Positions 15,672-26,456 of a stretch of 43,803 nucleotides of DNA are shown here, one piece after another. Each line of letters opens with the position of its first letter. Position 1 is the stretch's first letter. A program made the translations under genes and the position numbers. Location: assembly GCA_018167155.1 (NCBI GenBank), contig GCA_018167155.1_4332.1, one strand, 5' to 3'. Source of the stretch: a phage. The notes below the pieces were generated by a model. That model was not told the DNA's origin. It did no database searches and worked only from the letters and a program-made list of their open reading frames with translations.

Positions 15672-17088
15672 GTTTCAAAGGCGCGAATACCAGAAAATAA
15701 TGACGTCGTTTATGCTACAGCACCCACGTTGCAATATCTGGTGCGGTATGGGCGGCGGCAAGACCTCGTCGACAATGTGGGTGCTCAACCGACTGTTTCG
15801 CAACGGGCAGCTTACGGACGACGACAGGGTATTAATCCTCGCCCCGCTGCGCGTTGCGTCCGGCACATGGCCCGCAGAACAAGAGAAATGGCGATTCCCA
15901 TGCCTGAGTGTCGTCGATGCAACGGGTTCAGAGAAGCGCCGCATCGCGGCACTGGAGTCGGATGCTAACGTGGTGTGCACGAACTACGAAGTTATCGAAT
16001 GGCTGATTGACTACTACGGCAAAGACGACTGGCCTTTTACGGTTATTGTTGCCGATGAAAGCACGAAACTTAAATCATTCCGCAGCCGTTCAGGTGGTAG
16101 CAAGAGAGCGAAGGCGCTTAGTAAAGTGGCGTTCGGTAAGGTTAAGCGTTTCATCAACCTTACTGGCACCCCGTCGCCGAACGGCCTCAAGGACTTGTGG
16201 GGGCAGAACTGGTTTATCGACGCTGGCGAGCGCCTCGGGTCTTCATACACGGCATTCACCGACCGATGGTTTAACTCGGTACAGAAAGGCAAATCGGCTA
16301 TGGCGCGTGAGTATCATGCGCGCCCGGGTGCGGATACTGAGATTCATCAGAAGATGAAAGACATCAGTCTCACGATTGACGCTGCCGAGTGGTTTGGGTG
16401 TGAAGCACCGATTATTGTACCGGTTGAAATCGACCTGCCGAAGAAAGCACGTCAGGCGTACATCGATATGGAGGAAAAGTTATTCGCGGAACTGGAGAGC
16501 GGGGAAGTTGAAGCGGCTAACGCCGCGGCGAAGACCTCAAAATGCTTGCAGATTGCATCTGGTGCCGTATATGTGACGGGTGAAGACGGGGAAGCAACGA
16601 AAGACTGGGAGAAAGTGCACGACACGAAACTGGATGCGCTCGAGTCAATTGTTGAGGAGCTACAAGGTGCGCCGTTGCTTGTGGCTTATCAGTTTAAGCA
16701 TGAACTGGAGCGCATCCTTAAGCGATTCCCGCAGGCGCAGGCGTTCGCCAAAGGTGCGAAGGGTAATAAGCAGATGGAAGCGTGGAACCGTGGCGAAATC
16801 GAAATCTTATGCGTGCACCCGGCGTCAGCCGGGCATGGTTTGAATTTACAGGACGGCGGGCATCATCTGGCGTTTATTTCGCAAGGCTGGAATCTTGAAC
16901 ACTATTTGCAGGTTGTCGAGCGAATAGGCCCGGTCCGCCAGAAACAGGCAGGACACGAGCGGCCGGTGTTCCTGTACCACATCGTTGCTAAAGACACGCT
17001 GGACGAGGTTGTTGCCGCGCGTACAGACGAGAAGAAATCGGTCCAGGAAGAATTGCTTAATTATATGAAGAGAAGAGGTAAGAAATGA
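15664..17088 (+). CDS. SNF2-family helicase
   Basis: ORF track 15652..17088; ATG at 15664. Walker A CGMGGGKT, VIVADESTKLK, LTGTPSPNGLKDLW and C-terminal GHGLNLQDGGHHLAF helicase motifs. Confidence 0.75.
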   Translation: MSKFQRREYQKIMTSFMLQHPRCNIWCGMGGGKTSSTMWVLNRLFRNGQLTDDDRVLILAPLRVASGTWPAEQEKWRFPCLSVVDATGSEKRRIAALESDANVVCTNYEVIEWLIDYYGKDDWPFTVIVADESTKLKSFRSRSGGSKRAKALSKVAFGKVKRFINLTGTPSPNGLKDLWGQNWFIDAGERLGSSYTAFTDRWFNSVQKGKSAMAREYHARPGADTEIHQKMKDISLTIDAAEWFGCEAPIIVPVEIDLPKKARQAYIDMEEKLFAELESGEVEAANAAAKTSKCLQIASGAVYVTGEDGEATKDWEKVHDTKLDALESIVEELQGAPLLVAYQFKHELERILKRFPQAQAFAKGAKGNKQMEAWNRGEIEILCVHPASAGHGLNLQDGGHHLAFISQGWNLEHYLQVVERIGPVRQKQAGHERPVFLYHIVAKDTLDEVVAARTDEKKSVQEELLNYMKRRGKK

Positions 17089-17223
17089 ACATCATAGCCC
17101 CGATTCCCGCATTGCAAAAACGTATCAAGGAACTCGAAGAGGAGGTTCTACGACTACGACAACAGAGGGATGCCGCTAATGCACAACTGGCGTTTGTACT
17201 GGAGAAGCTATCAGAAGAGTAGA
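17086..17223 (+). CDS. Hypothetical small coiled-coil protein (hand-called, 45 aa)
   Basis: ATGA-coupled to the helicase stop; reads MNIIAPIPALQKRIKELEEEVLRLRQQRDAANAQLAFVLEKLSEE. Confidence 0.3.
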
Positions 17224-17253
17224 GAAAAGGCCCCGTTTGGGGCCTTAGTTTTA
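17224..17253. terminator. Bidirectional terminator between convergent operons
   Basis: AAAAGGCCCC-GTTT-GGGGCCTT followed by TAGTTTTA; flanked by T/A runs in both orientations. Confidence 0.65.
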
Positions 17254-20205
17254 TTTATCTTCTAGTGCTGCCAGCCTCTTCTCGAACTCGCGCATCTTCT
17301 TACGCTGATAGGCAATCTCGATGAAGAACATCTGGTCCGCCCTAACCCCCCATCTGCCGCCGGGAGGGGATACTTGTACAGTCTGGCCATCTTCATCAAT
17401 ATCATACGCAGCTTCAATTGAGTCGTAGCACAAGAAAGCATATTTACAATCGGTAGAATCTTTCTCCATAAGCCCATGGTTGACCAATATGTCTCGCACA
17501 TCTTGGGCTATCACACCGAAGTGTATCCTTGCAGTGTCACCCTTGATTGCTAGGCTTTCAAGCCACTTAAAAGATATTACATGTATATCCTCCCATGCGG
17601 TAAGGAGTTGTCCCTCAATTTCCTCTTTGTTCGTCTTAAGTGTACCATCAGACGTGTTTATCGTACCGGTGGCCGCGTACACCGTAGTCCACCTATTACC
17701 TGCCGAACCTAAAGACACTTGCGAGTCTAAGTAAGGAAGAAAATTGTTGTATGAGTAGAAGCCTCCTGACGCATACATAATAGCCCTGTTAGGCGTTGCA
17801 TGGTTTGCCCCGTACAGTTGCAGCAACGCACCATCGGAACTGGATGCACCATCACCACCGCTAACTATCAGTCTTTGACCCGATGGGGTTTTAGTGGGGA
17901 CTGTTTTTGAAATCAGCCCGTAATCACCATCAAACCGTGCGCGCACGGCAGACTGTTGTGTACCATCGTATTCCAGCCCCGTTACATGCAGGGAGTACAC
18001 GCTTACATCATTGTCAAACGTTAAAGGTGCTTCTACATGGCGTACACCATCTACCCCCATGGCGACAGGTATTGTACGGTTAGGAGTTGCTCCGTATTTG
18101 AAATCACGTGATACGTACGGGTGGTCTTCAATCTTTATCCGGTAGCTATATAAGTCAGCCGGATGCCCATCATGTTTGTACCATAACTTCGCACTGTTAT
18201 CCCCTATGCTCCAGGGAGAGAAGAAGTCTTCCCCACCAAAGATATAGTACAACCAGCCATCTTTAACACAGACCGAGCCGGCGCCGACAGCAGAGTTAAC
18301 GATATGACCCTGGTATATTTGGTCGGTAATATTAAACCACTGAACATCATCTAAAGATGAAGGCCAGGACGACACATTAACTTTGCACATAAAGGTCCTC
18401 GGATACGAACCTTCATAGCGGCTGTCCTGCTCGCCACCTTCCCACTCACCAAAGGCACGTTCTGTACCAAAGATGTAGAGATAGTCACCTACTTTAGCGA
18501 ACGGAAGATTGGAGCGATGTACATTGTTCGGAAATCGCAAGTAGCTCCAGTTTTGCCCAGAATCGGTGCTCATCGCCAGTGTAGAGCCAGGGGAAGTAGG
18601 TAATGTGCCGCGTGTGGTAAGGTATAACACACCACCATAACTTTTCACGCACGGCTCAGAAGCGTTATCAGCGTATGCCTGAGCGACAGTGCGACGAACG
18701 AATACGCCAGGATTGTCATACACGTTACTAAAATACAAGACACCGAGACGCCTAGGGGACACATCGCCGTTGTGATAGCCGACAGCGATAGTGTAGTTAA
18801 CATCATCTATAACCGCAAAACTATGTGTCTCCGTGACACACAAATCAGCGTTAGTGGAGTATGCTACCCCAGGCAATTCAGTAATTTCCCACGGGCTGTC
18901 CCAGAATCGCGTTGCGAAGTTCCAGGTAACACCCGCATTGTTTATGGTGGAACTCGCCGGGGTTGAGAGCGTAACAGTGAACGTATTTCGGTTAATTATA
19001 GACGAAACCGTCATATTACCCGATACGCCAGTTGCCGATGTATTAGAGAAGTTAACCGCATCTCCTGCTTTTAGGCCATGATTTTCTATGACAATGGTAG
19101 CAGTAGTGGAGCCAGAACTAATAGTTATTCCGCCGGTTGGGTGTCTAAAATACGGCATTGGGCGTGACCAAAGTTCTGCCTTCTTCATCCGCGTATTAGA
19201 TAAGTAGCGGGTTTCTATAACTGCATATAATCGGTTGCCGCATGTACCCATGCTCATGCAGTGGTAGTTAACTCTGTCCGTAGAAACACTAGCATTATAG
19301 TCAGCATGGATTGGAGTCAACCACTCAGGCATTGACCAAGTCTGCCCGTCGTCTCCAGAGCGAACCCAAGCTACATGTAAGTTTTGAACACCATGTCGTT
19401 CGCCCGCCATAAACGGGGCGTAAATAACATGGTCGTAGACGAAAGTTTTATCCTGCGTCCATGCGTTGTAGAACGGGGTATCCGTCACCTTAGTTAGTGA
19501 GCCGTTAAAGAAGCCATCAGCTACATAAGTAAGCGGTTGCCCGGCTACGCGCTCGTAAACGAATGCAGCATTCTTAAATTTACTAATGTCAGGTAATTGG
19601 GAAACTTTATAAGTCAAACCCCTGCCGTCTATAATCCAATTGTTGGGGGAAGCTGCTAATACATTAAAAATAGATTGAGTATCATCAGTTACGCCGTCGC
19701 CCACGGCGCCCCATGCGCGCGGGTCGTATTCGTCCTTCCATCGCGCCACATGTAAATCTGGGTACAGAATTGCACCGTTTACATCAGATATTTGCTGCCG
19801 CAGTATGACCGACCCGACAGGCTGCCACGCCCCATCTGCCACGCCACCGGTGGACTGCGGAGAAGATGACGCTGGGATAATTTTTGGTAGAGCACCCAAC
19901 CAATAGTACCAATCCCCGTCACCGCCAGAGGACGACGACCACAAAACTGCGGTGTTTCGGTCGTTAGCGGATAGTGTACCGCCTGACGTGAAATCAAAAT
20001 CTGCCAGTTTAAAACCAGCATCACGCAACACGGCAGGTAACGTCTTCTGGGTCTGTCCAGTAACCTGATTTGTCGCGTAATCAATATCGGCACCACCGGC
20101 GACACCGCCGGATTTGCCAGTGATAACCTCGGCCTCGAAAATCTGATGTTTCTTGGCGGTTTGTAAATCCGCCAGGCTTAAAACGTCACCGCATCCGCTT
20201 GACAT
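17251..20205 (-). CDS. Tailspike / tail fibre with Asp-box glycosidase-like domain and C-terminal intramolecular chaperone (peptidase S74-like) domain
   Basis: 984 aa; Asp-boxes SGDDGQTW and STDSGQNW; C-terminal roughly 130 aa resemble the auto-cleaving chaperone domain of endosialidases and L-shaped tail fibres; SD AAGAGGA. Confidence 0.7.
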   Translation of the reverse strand: MSSGCGDVLSLADLQTAKKHQIFEAEVITGKSGGVAGGADIDYATNQVTGQTQKTLPAVLRDAGFKLADFDFTSGGTLSANDRNTAVLWSSSSGGDGDWYYWLGALPKIIPASSSPQSTGGVADGAWQPVGSVILRQQISDVNGAILYPDLHVARWKDEYDPRAWGAVGDGVTDDTQSIFNVLAASPNNWIIDGRGLTYKVSQLPDISKFKNAAFVYERVAGQPLTYVADGFFNGSLTKVTDTPFYNAWTQDKTFVYDHVIYAPFMAGERHGVQNLHVAWVRSGDDGQTWSMPEWLTPIHADYNASVSTDRVNYHCMSMGTCGNRLYAVIETRYLSNTRMKKAELWSRPMPYFRHPTGGITISSGSTTATIVIENHGLKAGDAVNFSNTSATGVSGNMTVSSIINRNTFTVTLSTPASSTINNAGVTWNFATRFWDSPWEITELPGVAYSTNADLCVTETHSFAVIDDVNYTIAVGYHNGDVSPRRLGVLYFSNVYDNPGVFVRRTVAQAYADNASEPCVKSYGGVLYLTTRGTLPTSPGSTLAMSTDSGQNWSYLRFPNNVHRSNLPFAKVGDYLYIFGTERAFGEWEGGEQDSRYEGSYPRTFMCKVNVSSWPSSLDDVQWFNITDQIYQGHIVNSAVGAGSVCVKDGWLYYIFGGEDFFSPWSIGDNSAKLWYKHDGHPADLYSYRIKIEDHPYVSRDFKYGATPNRTIPVAMGVDGVRHVEAPLTFDNDVSVYSLHVTGLEYDGTQQSAVRARFDGDYGLISKTVPTKTPSGQRLIVSGGDGASSSDGALLQLYGANHATPNRAIMYASGGFYSYNNFLPYLDSQVSLGSAGNRWTTVYAATGTINTSDGTLKTNKEEIEGQLLTAWEDIHVISFKWLESLAIKGDTARIHFGVIAQDVRDILVNHGLMEKDSTDCKYAFLCYDSIEAAYDIDEDGQTVQVSPPGGRWGVRADQMFFIEIAYQRKKMREFEKRLAALEDK

Positions 20206-20217
20206 ATAGAGTCCTCT

Positions 20218-22773
20218 TTAATTAAAACCATTGCTGAATCCGTCGGAGAAACCGCTGCCGTATGGCGCGACGCCGTCGTATTTATAGAATCCGTCGTCAT
20301 AGTTGTAGCCAGTAATCTTGACCGTGCGGTCGTCGCCAGGGTCGATTGAAGAAACAACTATCTTCTGAGCATTATGCCTTGCTTCGTTGCCGAATGAAAA
20401 CTCAGTTTTTAGCGCACTATTCCCCGTGTAGATTGCCTCCTCCGGCGCGGAGAGCATAATCACTTCGCGGTCGTGGCTTCCTTTGATAACAGAGATACTC
20501 TGCACAGAGCCGTCGCGCTTCTTAAGAATGATGGAGTGGTCGTCCCCGGGAGTAAACGTAACAGGCTGTGACAGCGTCAGCGTAAGCCCGTTAACGTCAA
20601 CAACATAACCATCTTGCGGGGCGATGCGGGAGCCTTTAACTACGCTGATTACACCGCCGGGTGTAGCGAGAGCGCCTTCTTCTGTAGCTTCGAACTCTAC
20701 GACAACTTTACTTAACGCATTGCGCTGATAGCGACGCCGCGCCAGCCAGTACGCCTGCTGATAGTTACGCACGCCTTTCGATTCGTACTCCTCCGTGTTT
20801 GCGCCGAGTTCTTCCGGGATATAAATAGTTTCCTGTACGTTAGTATCCGGGTCAATGTACGAGAACGACAGGCTATCGTAGGTCGTAGAATCATTAAACG
20901 TGCGGGTCCATTTCTCTGTACCAGTAGTTTTGCTGCGGTGAGTGAACACCATCTCGGGCCCTGCAACCGGGCGGTCGAAGCGCAACATAATATCCGCGCC
21001 TTTACGGTACGCGGTACAGAACACGGCTTCGGCTATAGTCTGAACGATGTCCTGCATCGTGGTGTCGTAATCGTCGAACGTGTAGCAGAACTGACCTGCT
21101 AATTCGCTGCCAAAATAGGACTCAATTTCTTCTTGCACGGCAAGCAACTTATCCATGTTTGCCGTTGTCAGTTCCAGATTACCCACCACCGGGTCGCGAG
21201 CCAGTCTGATTAGCGACTGCACCGCTTGAGTATTTGGGGTCATTACTGTATCGAATACCCCATTGCCTAAGTATTTGTAGCACATCTCTGTCGCGATCAT
21301 GCGCAGTTCCGGGTTGTCGATACTGGCTGCACGCGGTGTCTGTTTACGGGCACAATGTACGGTAGTTCGGTTGCCGTAGTGCGGGGTTGTGTCCAGAGAC
21401 TGCCCGTACAGGTTAATGAAGGTTATCTCGTCGCTTACCGTTCCGTCGTAGTCCTTGTCGAAATTCGTTACACGGCGCATACGGGCGCGGAAACGCGATG
21501 CAGTAGGCAACTGCCCGTAGATAGACGTACCGACGTAATCCGTGCTATTACCAGTAATCGTAGCACGTACCGTGTAAATGTCGCTCAACGGGTTACGCTG
21601 AGAGTCAATCATCTGGTACTGGAGTTCTACCGTTACGCTGGTGCGATTATAGCCGCCGTCATATTTGTAGAGGCCGTTTTGCCCTGCAACGTTAGCAAGC
21701 ACACGGTCAACTTCCCCGCGCACCATGTAATACCAGTCGGTCAGGGATACGTCATAGGTGTTGCTCGGGCCGATAAACGTATCTGAACGCTCTGTTAGCG
21801 TGTACGTCTGCCCGCTAGTCAACGCGGCCCAGTTAGACGCCCCGTTTACGGCTAATCTTACTTCGAAGTCGTCAACGTATAAAACCTCAAACGAGCCGTT
21901 CAGGTTAGTGACATCAGTAACGTCAAAGTTGCTCAACACCGCGACATCACCGACGCTAAGAAACTCAGAAAAAGCAGAGTCGCCGGACGGGTCATAAATG
22001 TAGCCGGTGTTTGAAATACGTTTGGCTGTGCCGTCGGCGCTTGGGTTAGCCCCGATGTCGTTTGGCGCTTTCAGTACAATACCGTCAACGTCGTCGTTGG
22101 AGTATGTCACATAGAGTTTCTGGTCAATGACGTCGCCGATTTGTAGTTGCGGCGATGCGGTGTTGTTCGGTGACGTGTACGGTGCATATACAGCAACAGA
22201 GGAACCGGTGATGTCGCTTATCAGGGTATCGCCTTCCGTGACGCCATCAGACTCGATATGCAGATGCCCGCGCCCGGCATCATAGTACGAATACTCCAGC
22301 AAAGCACCCGTGGAGTTGAACGCCTTATACGTCTGCATCAGGTCGTTAGGGATTGTCTGCACAGTCCCGCAGATGTCATAAGAGCGCTCATAGGGGCGCG
22401 GCTTGTTGGAGCGGTCTGTGAGACTGTTATTAGGCGATGTTGTCTGGTTGTTAGTCGCCGTGTAGTTGGCGTTGGTGGCCGTGTTCAGACCGAACAACTT
22501 GGCAATTGGCTTAAGGATAAAACCGAACACCTTACTAACTGCACCGAGCGCCCCGCTACCGGCGCCCTCAATAATGTGGTACACGGCGTCTTCGTCTTTG
22601 AGTGCGTCGAAGTCGTCGGTGACATCAGTATCATCGCCAATCTCGCCCAGGTAGACGCGCACCGGCACGCCGTCCGGGATACGGTTAACGACAAACTCCA
22701 TCGGCATCCCGACGTGTTTTGTACGGTCGAAAGCTCCATCAGCGTTTCGCGTGTAGTGCAGGATTATCGCCAA
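20218..22773 (-). CDS. Central tail / host-specificity protein (gpJ-like)
   Basis: 851 aa, last large gene of the tail module before the tailspike; call is by size and synteny. Confidence 0.5.
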   Translation of the reverse strand: MAIILHYTRNADGAFDRTKHVGMPMEFVVNRIPDGVPVRVYLGEIGDDTDVTDDFDALKDEDAVYHIIEGAGSGALGAVSKVFGFILKPIAKLFGLNTATNANYTATNNQTTSPNNSLTDRSNKPRPYERSYDICGTVQTIPNDLMQTYKAFNSTGALLEYSYYDAGRGHLHIESDGVTEGDTLISDITGSSVAVYAPYTSPNNTASPQLQIGDVIDQKLYVTYSNDDVDGIVLKAPNDIGANPSADGTAKRISNTGYIYDPSGDSAFSEFLSVGDVAVLSNFDVTDVTNLNGSFEVLYVDDFEVRLAVNGASNWAALTSGQTYTLTERSDTFIGPSNTYDVSLTDWYYMVRGEVDRVLANVAGQNGLYKYDGGYNRTSVTVELQYQMIDSQRNPLSDIYTVRATITGNSTDYVGTSIYGQLPTASRFRARMRRVTNFDKDYDGTVSDEITFINLYGQSLDTTPHYGNRTTVHCARKQTPRAASIDNPELRMIATEMCYKYLGNGVFDTVMTPNTQAVQSLIRLARDPVVGNLELTTANMDKLLAVQEEIESYFGSELAGQFCYTFDDYDTTMQDIVQTIAEAVFCTAYRKGADIMLRFDRPVAGPEMVFTHRSKTTGTEKWTRTFNDSTTYDSLSFSYIDPDTNVQETIYIPEELGANTEEYESKGVRNYQQAYWLARRRYQRNALSKVVVEFEATEEGALATPGGVISVVKGSRIAPQDGYVVDVNGLTLTLSQPVTFTPGDDHSIILKKRDGSVQSISVIKGSHDREVIMLSAPEEAIYTGNSALKTEFSFGNEARHNAQKIVVSSIDPGDDRTVKITGYNYDDGFYKYDGVAPYGSGFSDGFSNGFN

Positions 22774-23129
22774 AATTCAATCTCCGTGTACGTGTCTCTG
22801 AGGTCCGCCAGCCTGTCAAGCCGTACCTGACGTGAGGCAAGCTCGCAATGGCTGACCATCCCGTCGAAGTAAACTCCTGCGTGCCACACGATACGACCCC
22901 CACGGCGATACCCCATAAGCACCGCACAGAAGTTTTCAGGCTTATCAATTTTCGTAAGCCCTTTTGTGTTGCGGTGGCCTTCGTCAAACGCTTCGTTAAT
23001 TGCCGTCGGGCTTGTAACGTCGAACGCCGGAGTATCTAGCCCGGCATCCGCGCGGACAATGCGCACGTGATGCCAGCAATTGCGCTTGCGAAAGTCGTAA
23101 GGTATGCCCGTGTAGTCGTTAATATTCAT
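22764..23129 (-). CDS. Minor tail protein (gpK-like, possible Cys/His peptidase fold)
   Basis: 121 aa between the distal tail genes and the J-like gene; Cys (RNCWHH) and His (WHAGVY) spacing reminiscent of NlpC/P60. Weak. Confidence 0.35.
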   Translation of the reverse strand: MNINDYTGIPYDFRKRNCWHHVRIVRADAGLDTPAFDVTSPTAINEAFDEGHRNTKGLTKIDKPENFCAVLMGYRRGGRIVWHAGVYFDGMVSHCELASRQVRLDRLADLRDTYTEIEFWR

Positions 23130-23641
23130 GTGGTCAACAGGCCGCGTAATAACGGTATCTCTTTAGGTGTCATCAGTATACCAGTGCTTCGTTGGTTCAG
23201 CATAGGCGTACCAACATCCGCAGAAAACTCGCCTTTCTCCTGGTTGATGGCCTGTAACTCGTACACGACGGGGCCGTCAGCCGGGTAAGACAGGTCGGTG
23301 CTGACGTAACGGCGGAATACGAACTTCGGCAACTCAGTATTGCTCATCGGGATTTTATCCATCTCATCGTCCAGTTGATTGAGGATATCCGGTAGAGTAA
23401 ACGTTGTCGTCTGGTCCATATCACTATTGTTAGCGGCCCCCGACGCCTCCATCGGGGTTGGCTCAAACGTGATAGTTTCGCCTGTCTCCAGTGTTGCCGT
23501 AAGTTCCTGTAGCCCGCGCACGAGATAGTACGTCTTTGATAGCAGCGGGTGGCTGATTTGCAACGTGATGTAGTCCATCTCGCCGTCCGGGTTAGACGCC
23601 AGCTTACGGCGATAGGCTGCTTCTACTGATTCCTGGCTCAT
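23126..23641 (-). CDS. Minor tail protein (gpL-like by position)
   Basis: ORF track 23126..23656; ATGA coupling on both sides. Confidence 0.4.
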   Translation of the reverse strand: MSQESVEAAYRRKLASNPDGEMDYITLQISHPLLSKTYYLVRGLQELTATLETGETITFEPTPMEASGAANNSDMDQTTTFTLPDILNQLDDEMDKIPMSNTELPKFVFRRYVSTDLSYPADGPVVYELQAINQEKGEFSADVGTPMLNQRSTGILMTPKEIPLLRGLLTT

Positions 23642-24138
23642 TGCATCGGGTCCCAAATTCGTGGAAACGTTGATTGTGCAGTTCCGTAGGCTTTAAGGAA
23701 ACACCCCAGCCCGTCACCATAGCAACCGTACAAATCCGGCAGATTGTTAATCAGGCACTGGTTCTCAAGATCCTGGAACGGCGATTTCTCAGCGGTTGCC
23801 GTGAAAGTAATTGTCCAGTTAATCCCGTCTTCGGTGGACTCAGCGATGGTTGACGTGATTGTTACCTGGTAATCCTCGATACCCATGCCGAAGTCATGTG
23901 CCATCCAGAAACTTGACGCACCGCCATCGACTTTCTCAAGGAACGACAGAAACGCCTGCCGCCCTAGCGCCGATGTAATCAGGGTTACGCTTATCGGGAA
24001 CACGTCGTAATACGTGTCGCGCCCCTGACGTACACCTCCGCCAGCTAAATCGACGCTCCAGACGTTGTTACGTCTGGTCATTGAGTAGCCTTTTGACACC
24101 ACCGGCTTAAGGCTACGTGGGAAATATAAGTCGCTCAT
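23638..24138 (-). CDS. Minor / distal tail protein (gpM-like by position)
   Basis: 166 aa, immediately downstream of the tape measure gene. Confidence 0.45.
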   Translation of the reverse strand: MSDLYFPRSLKPVVSKGYSMTRRNNVWSVDLAGGGVRQGRDTYYDVFPISVTLITSALGRQAFLSFLEKVDGGASSFWMAHDFGMGIEDYQVTITSTIAESTEDGINWTITFTATAEKSPFQDLENQCLINNLPDLYGCYGDGLGCFLKAYGTAQSTFPRIWDPMQ

Positions 24139-24183
24139 TATTTGAACCTCGATAGATTGGATATTAACCTAACACCCATATTA

Positions 24184-26456
24184 TCACTTAAAGCCTGGTG
24201 CGTTTCTTGTAGCCTTCCTAGCTTTCGATATTTTGCTGTTACTATTCTGCAGCGAAGCAGCAACTTGTTCCTCTATGATGATACGCAAACGGCCTTCTTC
24301 GTCCTGTTCAACGCTGGTGTTGCCAATTTGTGCGCTGGTGTTATTTATAATGCTGATATTGGCCGGCCCGGTACCGCCGCCGTTCTGCCCCATAATTTCC
24401 TTCATCTGCTGTGCTGTGCGTACACGAGACGCGCCAGCTGGCATGATAACTTCTGGTTTACCACGTTCGGCGATAGTAGAAGCCTGCCCCGCAGATAACT
24501 GACCGCCTTGTTCACGGGCGGACCTGATAGCGGAAATCTGCGCCATACCAGCCCCAACGGCAGCAGCAGCGGCTACAGGTGCCAGGAACGGACCAACAAC
24601 AGGGATAGCGGCCGTTGACTTATACGCTTCAATAGCTGCGGTGTACGTGGCGATAGTGGCCTGTACGATAGCGAATGCCTTATACGCGCCAGAAGCCTCG
24701 CCCAACGCGGACCCGATATTTGAGGCCATGTTACCAAAGGCCGTTGCCGTTGCCTCAGCACGCTTGGTGGCGTATTGCTCGTTGATGGCGTTAAGTGCCG
24801 CTTGATACTGTTCCTCTTTAATCAGACCCTGCTCGCGGTACTTATCAGCTACCGCCAGTTTCTGCTGTTCCTGGATATCGAGAAGCTCAAGCTCCGTGGC
24901 ATTCTGGCCCATAATTTGAGCCATGAAGTCGTCGCCTTTCTGCTGCTTTTCCTGGGCTTCTTTCTGACGTTTATCCAGTTCATCTTGCCGTTTTTGCCCT
25001 GCTTCAAGGACAATAGCCGTTTTTGCTTGCTCGTATTCTTTCAGAGACAACGCGCCCTGGCTGTAAAACTCTTTTGCTTTAGCCAGTTTCTGCTGTTCCT
25101 GGGCGTCAATAGCCTTTAACTCGTCGTTGTTCTGACGGGCCAAAGTGTCGAGGTAATCTTGCGCCTGATTGCGCAATTGCTCCGCCTTCTTAGCGGCGGC
25201 TTTTGCCGCTTTATCGTCGGCGTTTCCGGTGCCGCCAGTTCCGCCCTTTTTATTAACAAGGCTGGCTAAGTCAATTTCTTGCTTCTTGCGCTCGTCATAC
25301 TGCTTGCGCTGTTCCTCAATTTCTTTCTTACGCTGCTTAGACCTGTCGGTAATGGCCTGGGATTCCGCCGCTGCGCGTTTTATGCTGGCGGCGTATGCGG
25401 CGTCAGCCTCTGCGGTCAGGTTTTTAAATGTGAGCGCTGCCGTTTTGCTCGGGTCAAACACATCAGCAAGGGTCTGACCTAACGCTACAGCGTAATCGTC
25501 AATGCGCTGGAACCACGCAATAACCTCGTGGAACGTCTGCTGAATGTCAGGCAACCACTCACGGATAGCATCAGGTATAGCCCCCAGCGAGTCTGACATA
25601 TCAACGGATTTGTCCTCGGTGTCGTATGCCAGGTCATTCAGGGCATCAGAAATAAACTTGAACGATTCATTGAACAGTGTCACCCAATCCTGGAGCGTGG
25701 CTGCTATCTCATTAGACGCTATGGCGTCGGTGAGTGCCGCGATAGCATCTTCCGCTCTCGCGGCTTGCTCACCTACGGCGTCACCAAAACCGGATTGCGC
25801 TACCGCAAGAACAAGACCATCGAAGGAGTCGGCGAGGCTCGACAACTGGCCATCTAAGGTCTTCGAACGCGTCTCCATAGCTCCGGCGAAATCAGTGTTG
25901 CCGATGTTTAGCAGGTATTTCTGAATCTCTTCGGAGTTCTTCTTAACGGTAGTCGTTACGCCGCGGAACGTGAACGAAACGGTATCTGCCTGTTGGGAAG
26001 ACTTAATGCCGAACTCTTTCAGCCGCTCAAACTCAAAGGTACTGGCGTCAGCCACAGCCTCAATCATCTGATTAAGGTCTTTACCCATAGCCGCCGCGGT
26101 GTTGCCGTAGGAGATTAACGCCTCTTTGCTGGGATTCAGGCCGAGGGCTACAAGTTTAGTGAAACCCTCTACCGCCTGATTGAGGCCATACGGGGTTTCT
26201 TTTGCGAACTGTTGCAGGACGCTGAAAGCCTTAGCCGCGTTCTCGGCGCTTCCGGTCATTGTGATGAGGCCGGAATTCAGCTTATCGAAGTTGCGCTGAG
26301 AGTCCACCAGCGCACTGAACACCTGTTTGGCGGTTTCCAGACTGACAATGGCAGCCGCGGCAGCACCTGCGGCTTTGGTAAGCCCGTTCAGTTGTGATGT
26401 GGTTTTATCGACGCCGGTCGAAGATACTCGTACTATCAAGCTAGCGGTATCAGCCA
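24184..26456 (-). CDS. Tail tape measure protein
   Basis: ORF track 24184..26472; about 757 aa, Ala/Gln/Glu-rich helical low-complexity sequence, follows the G/T chaperone pair. Confidence 0.85.
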
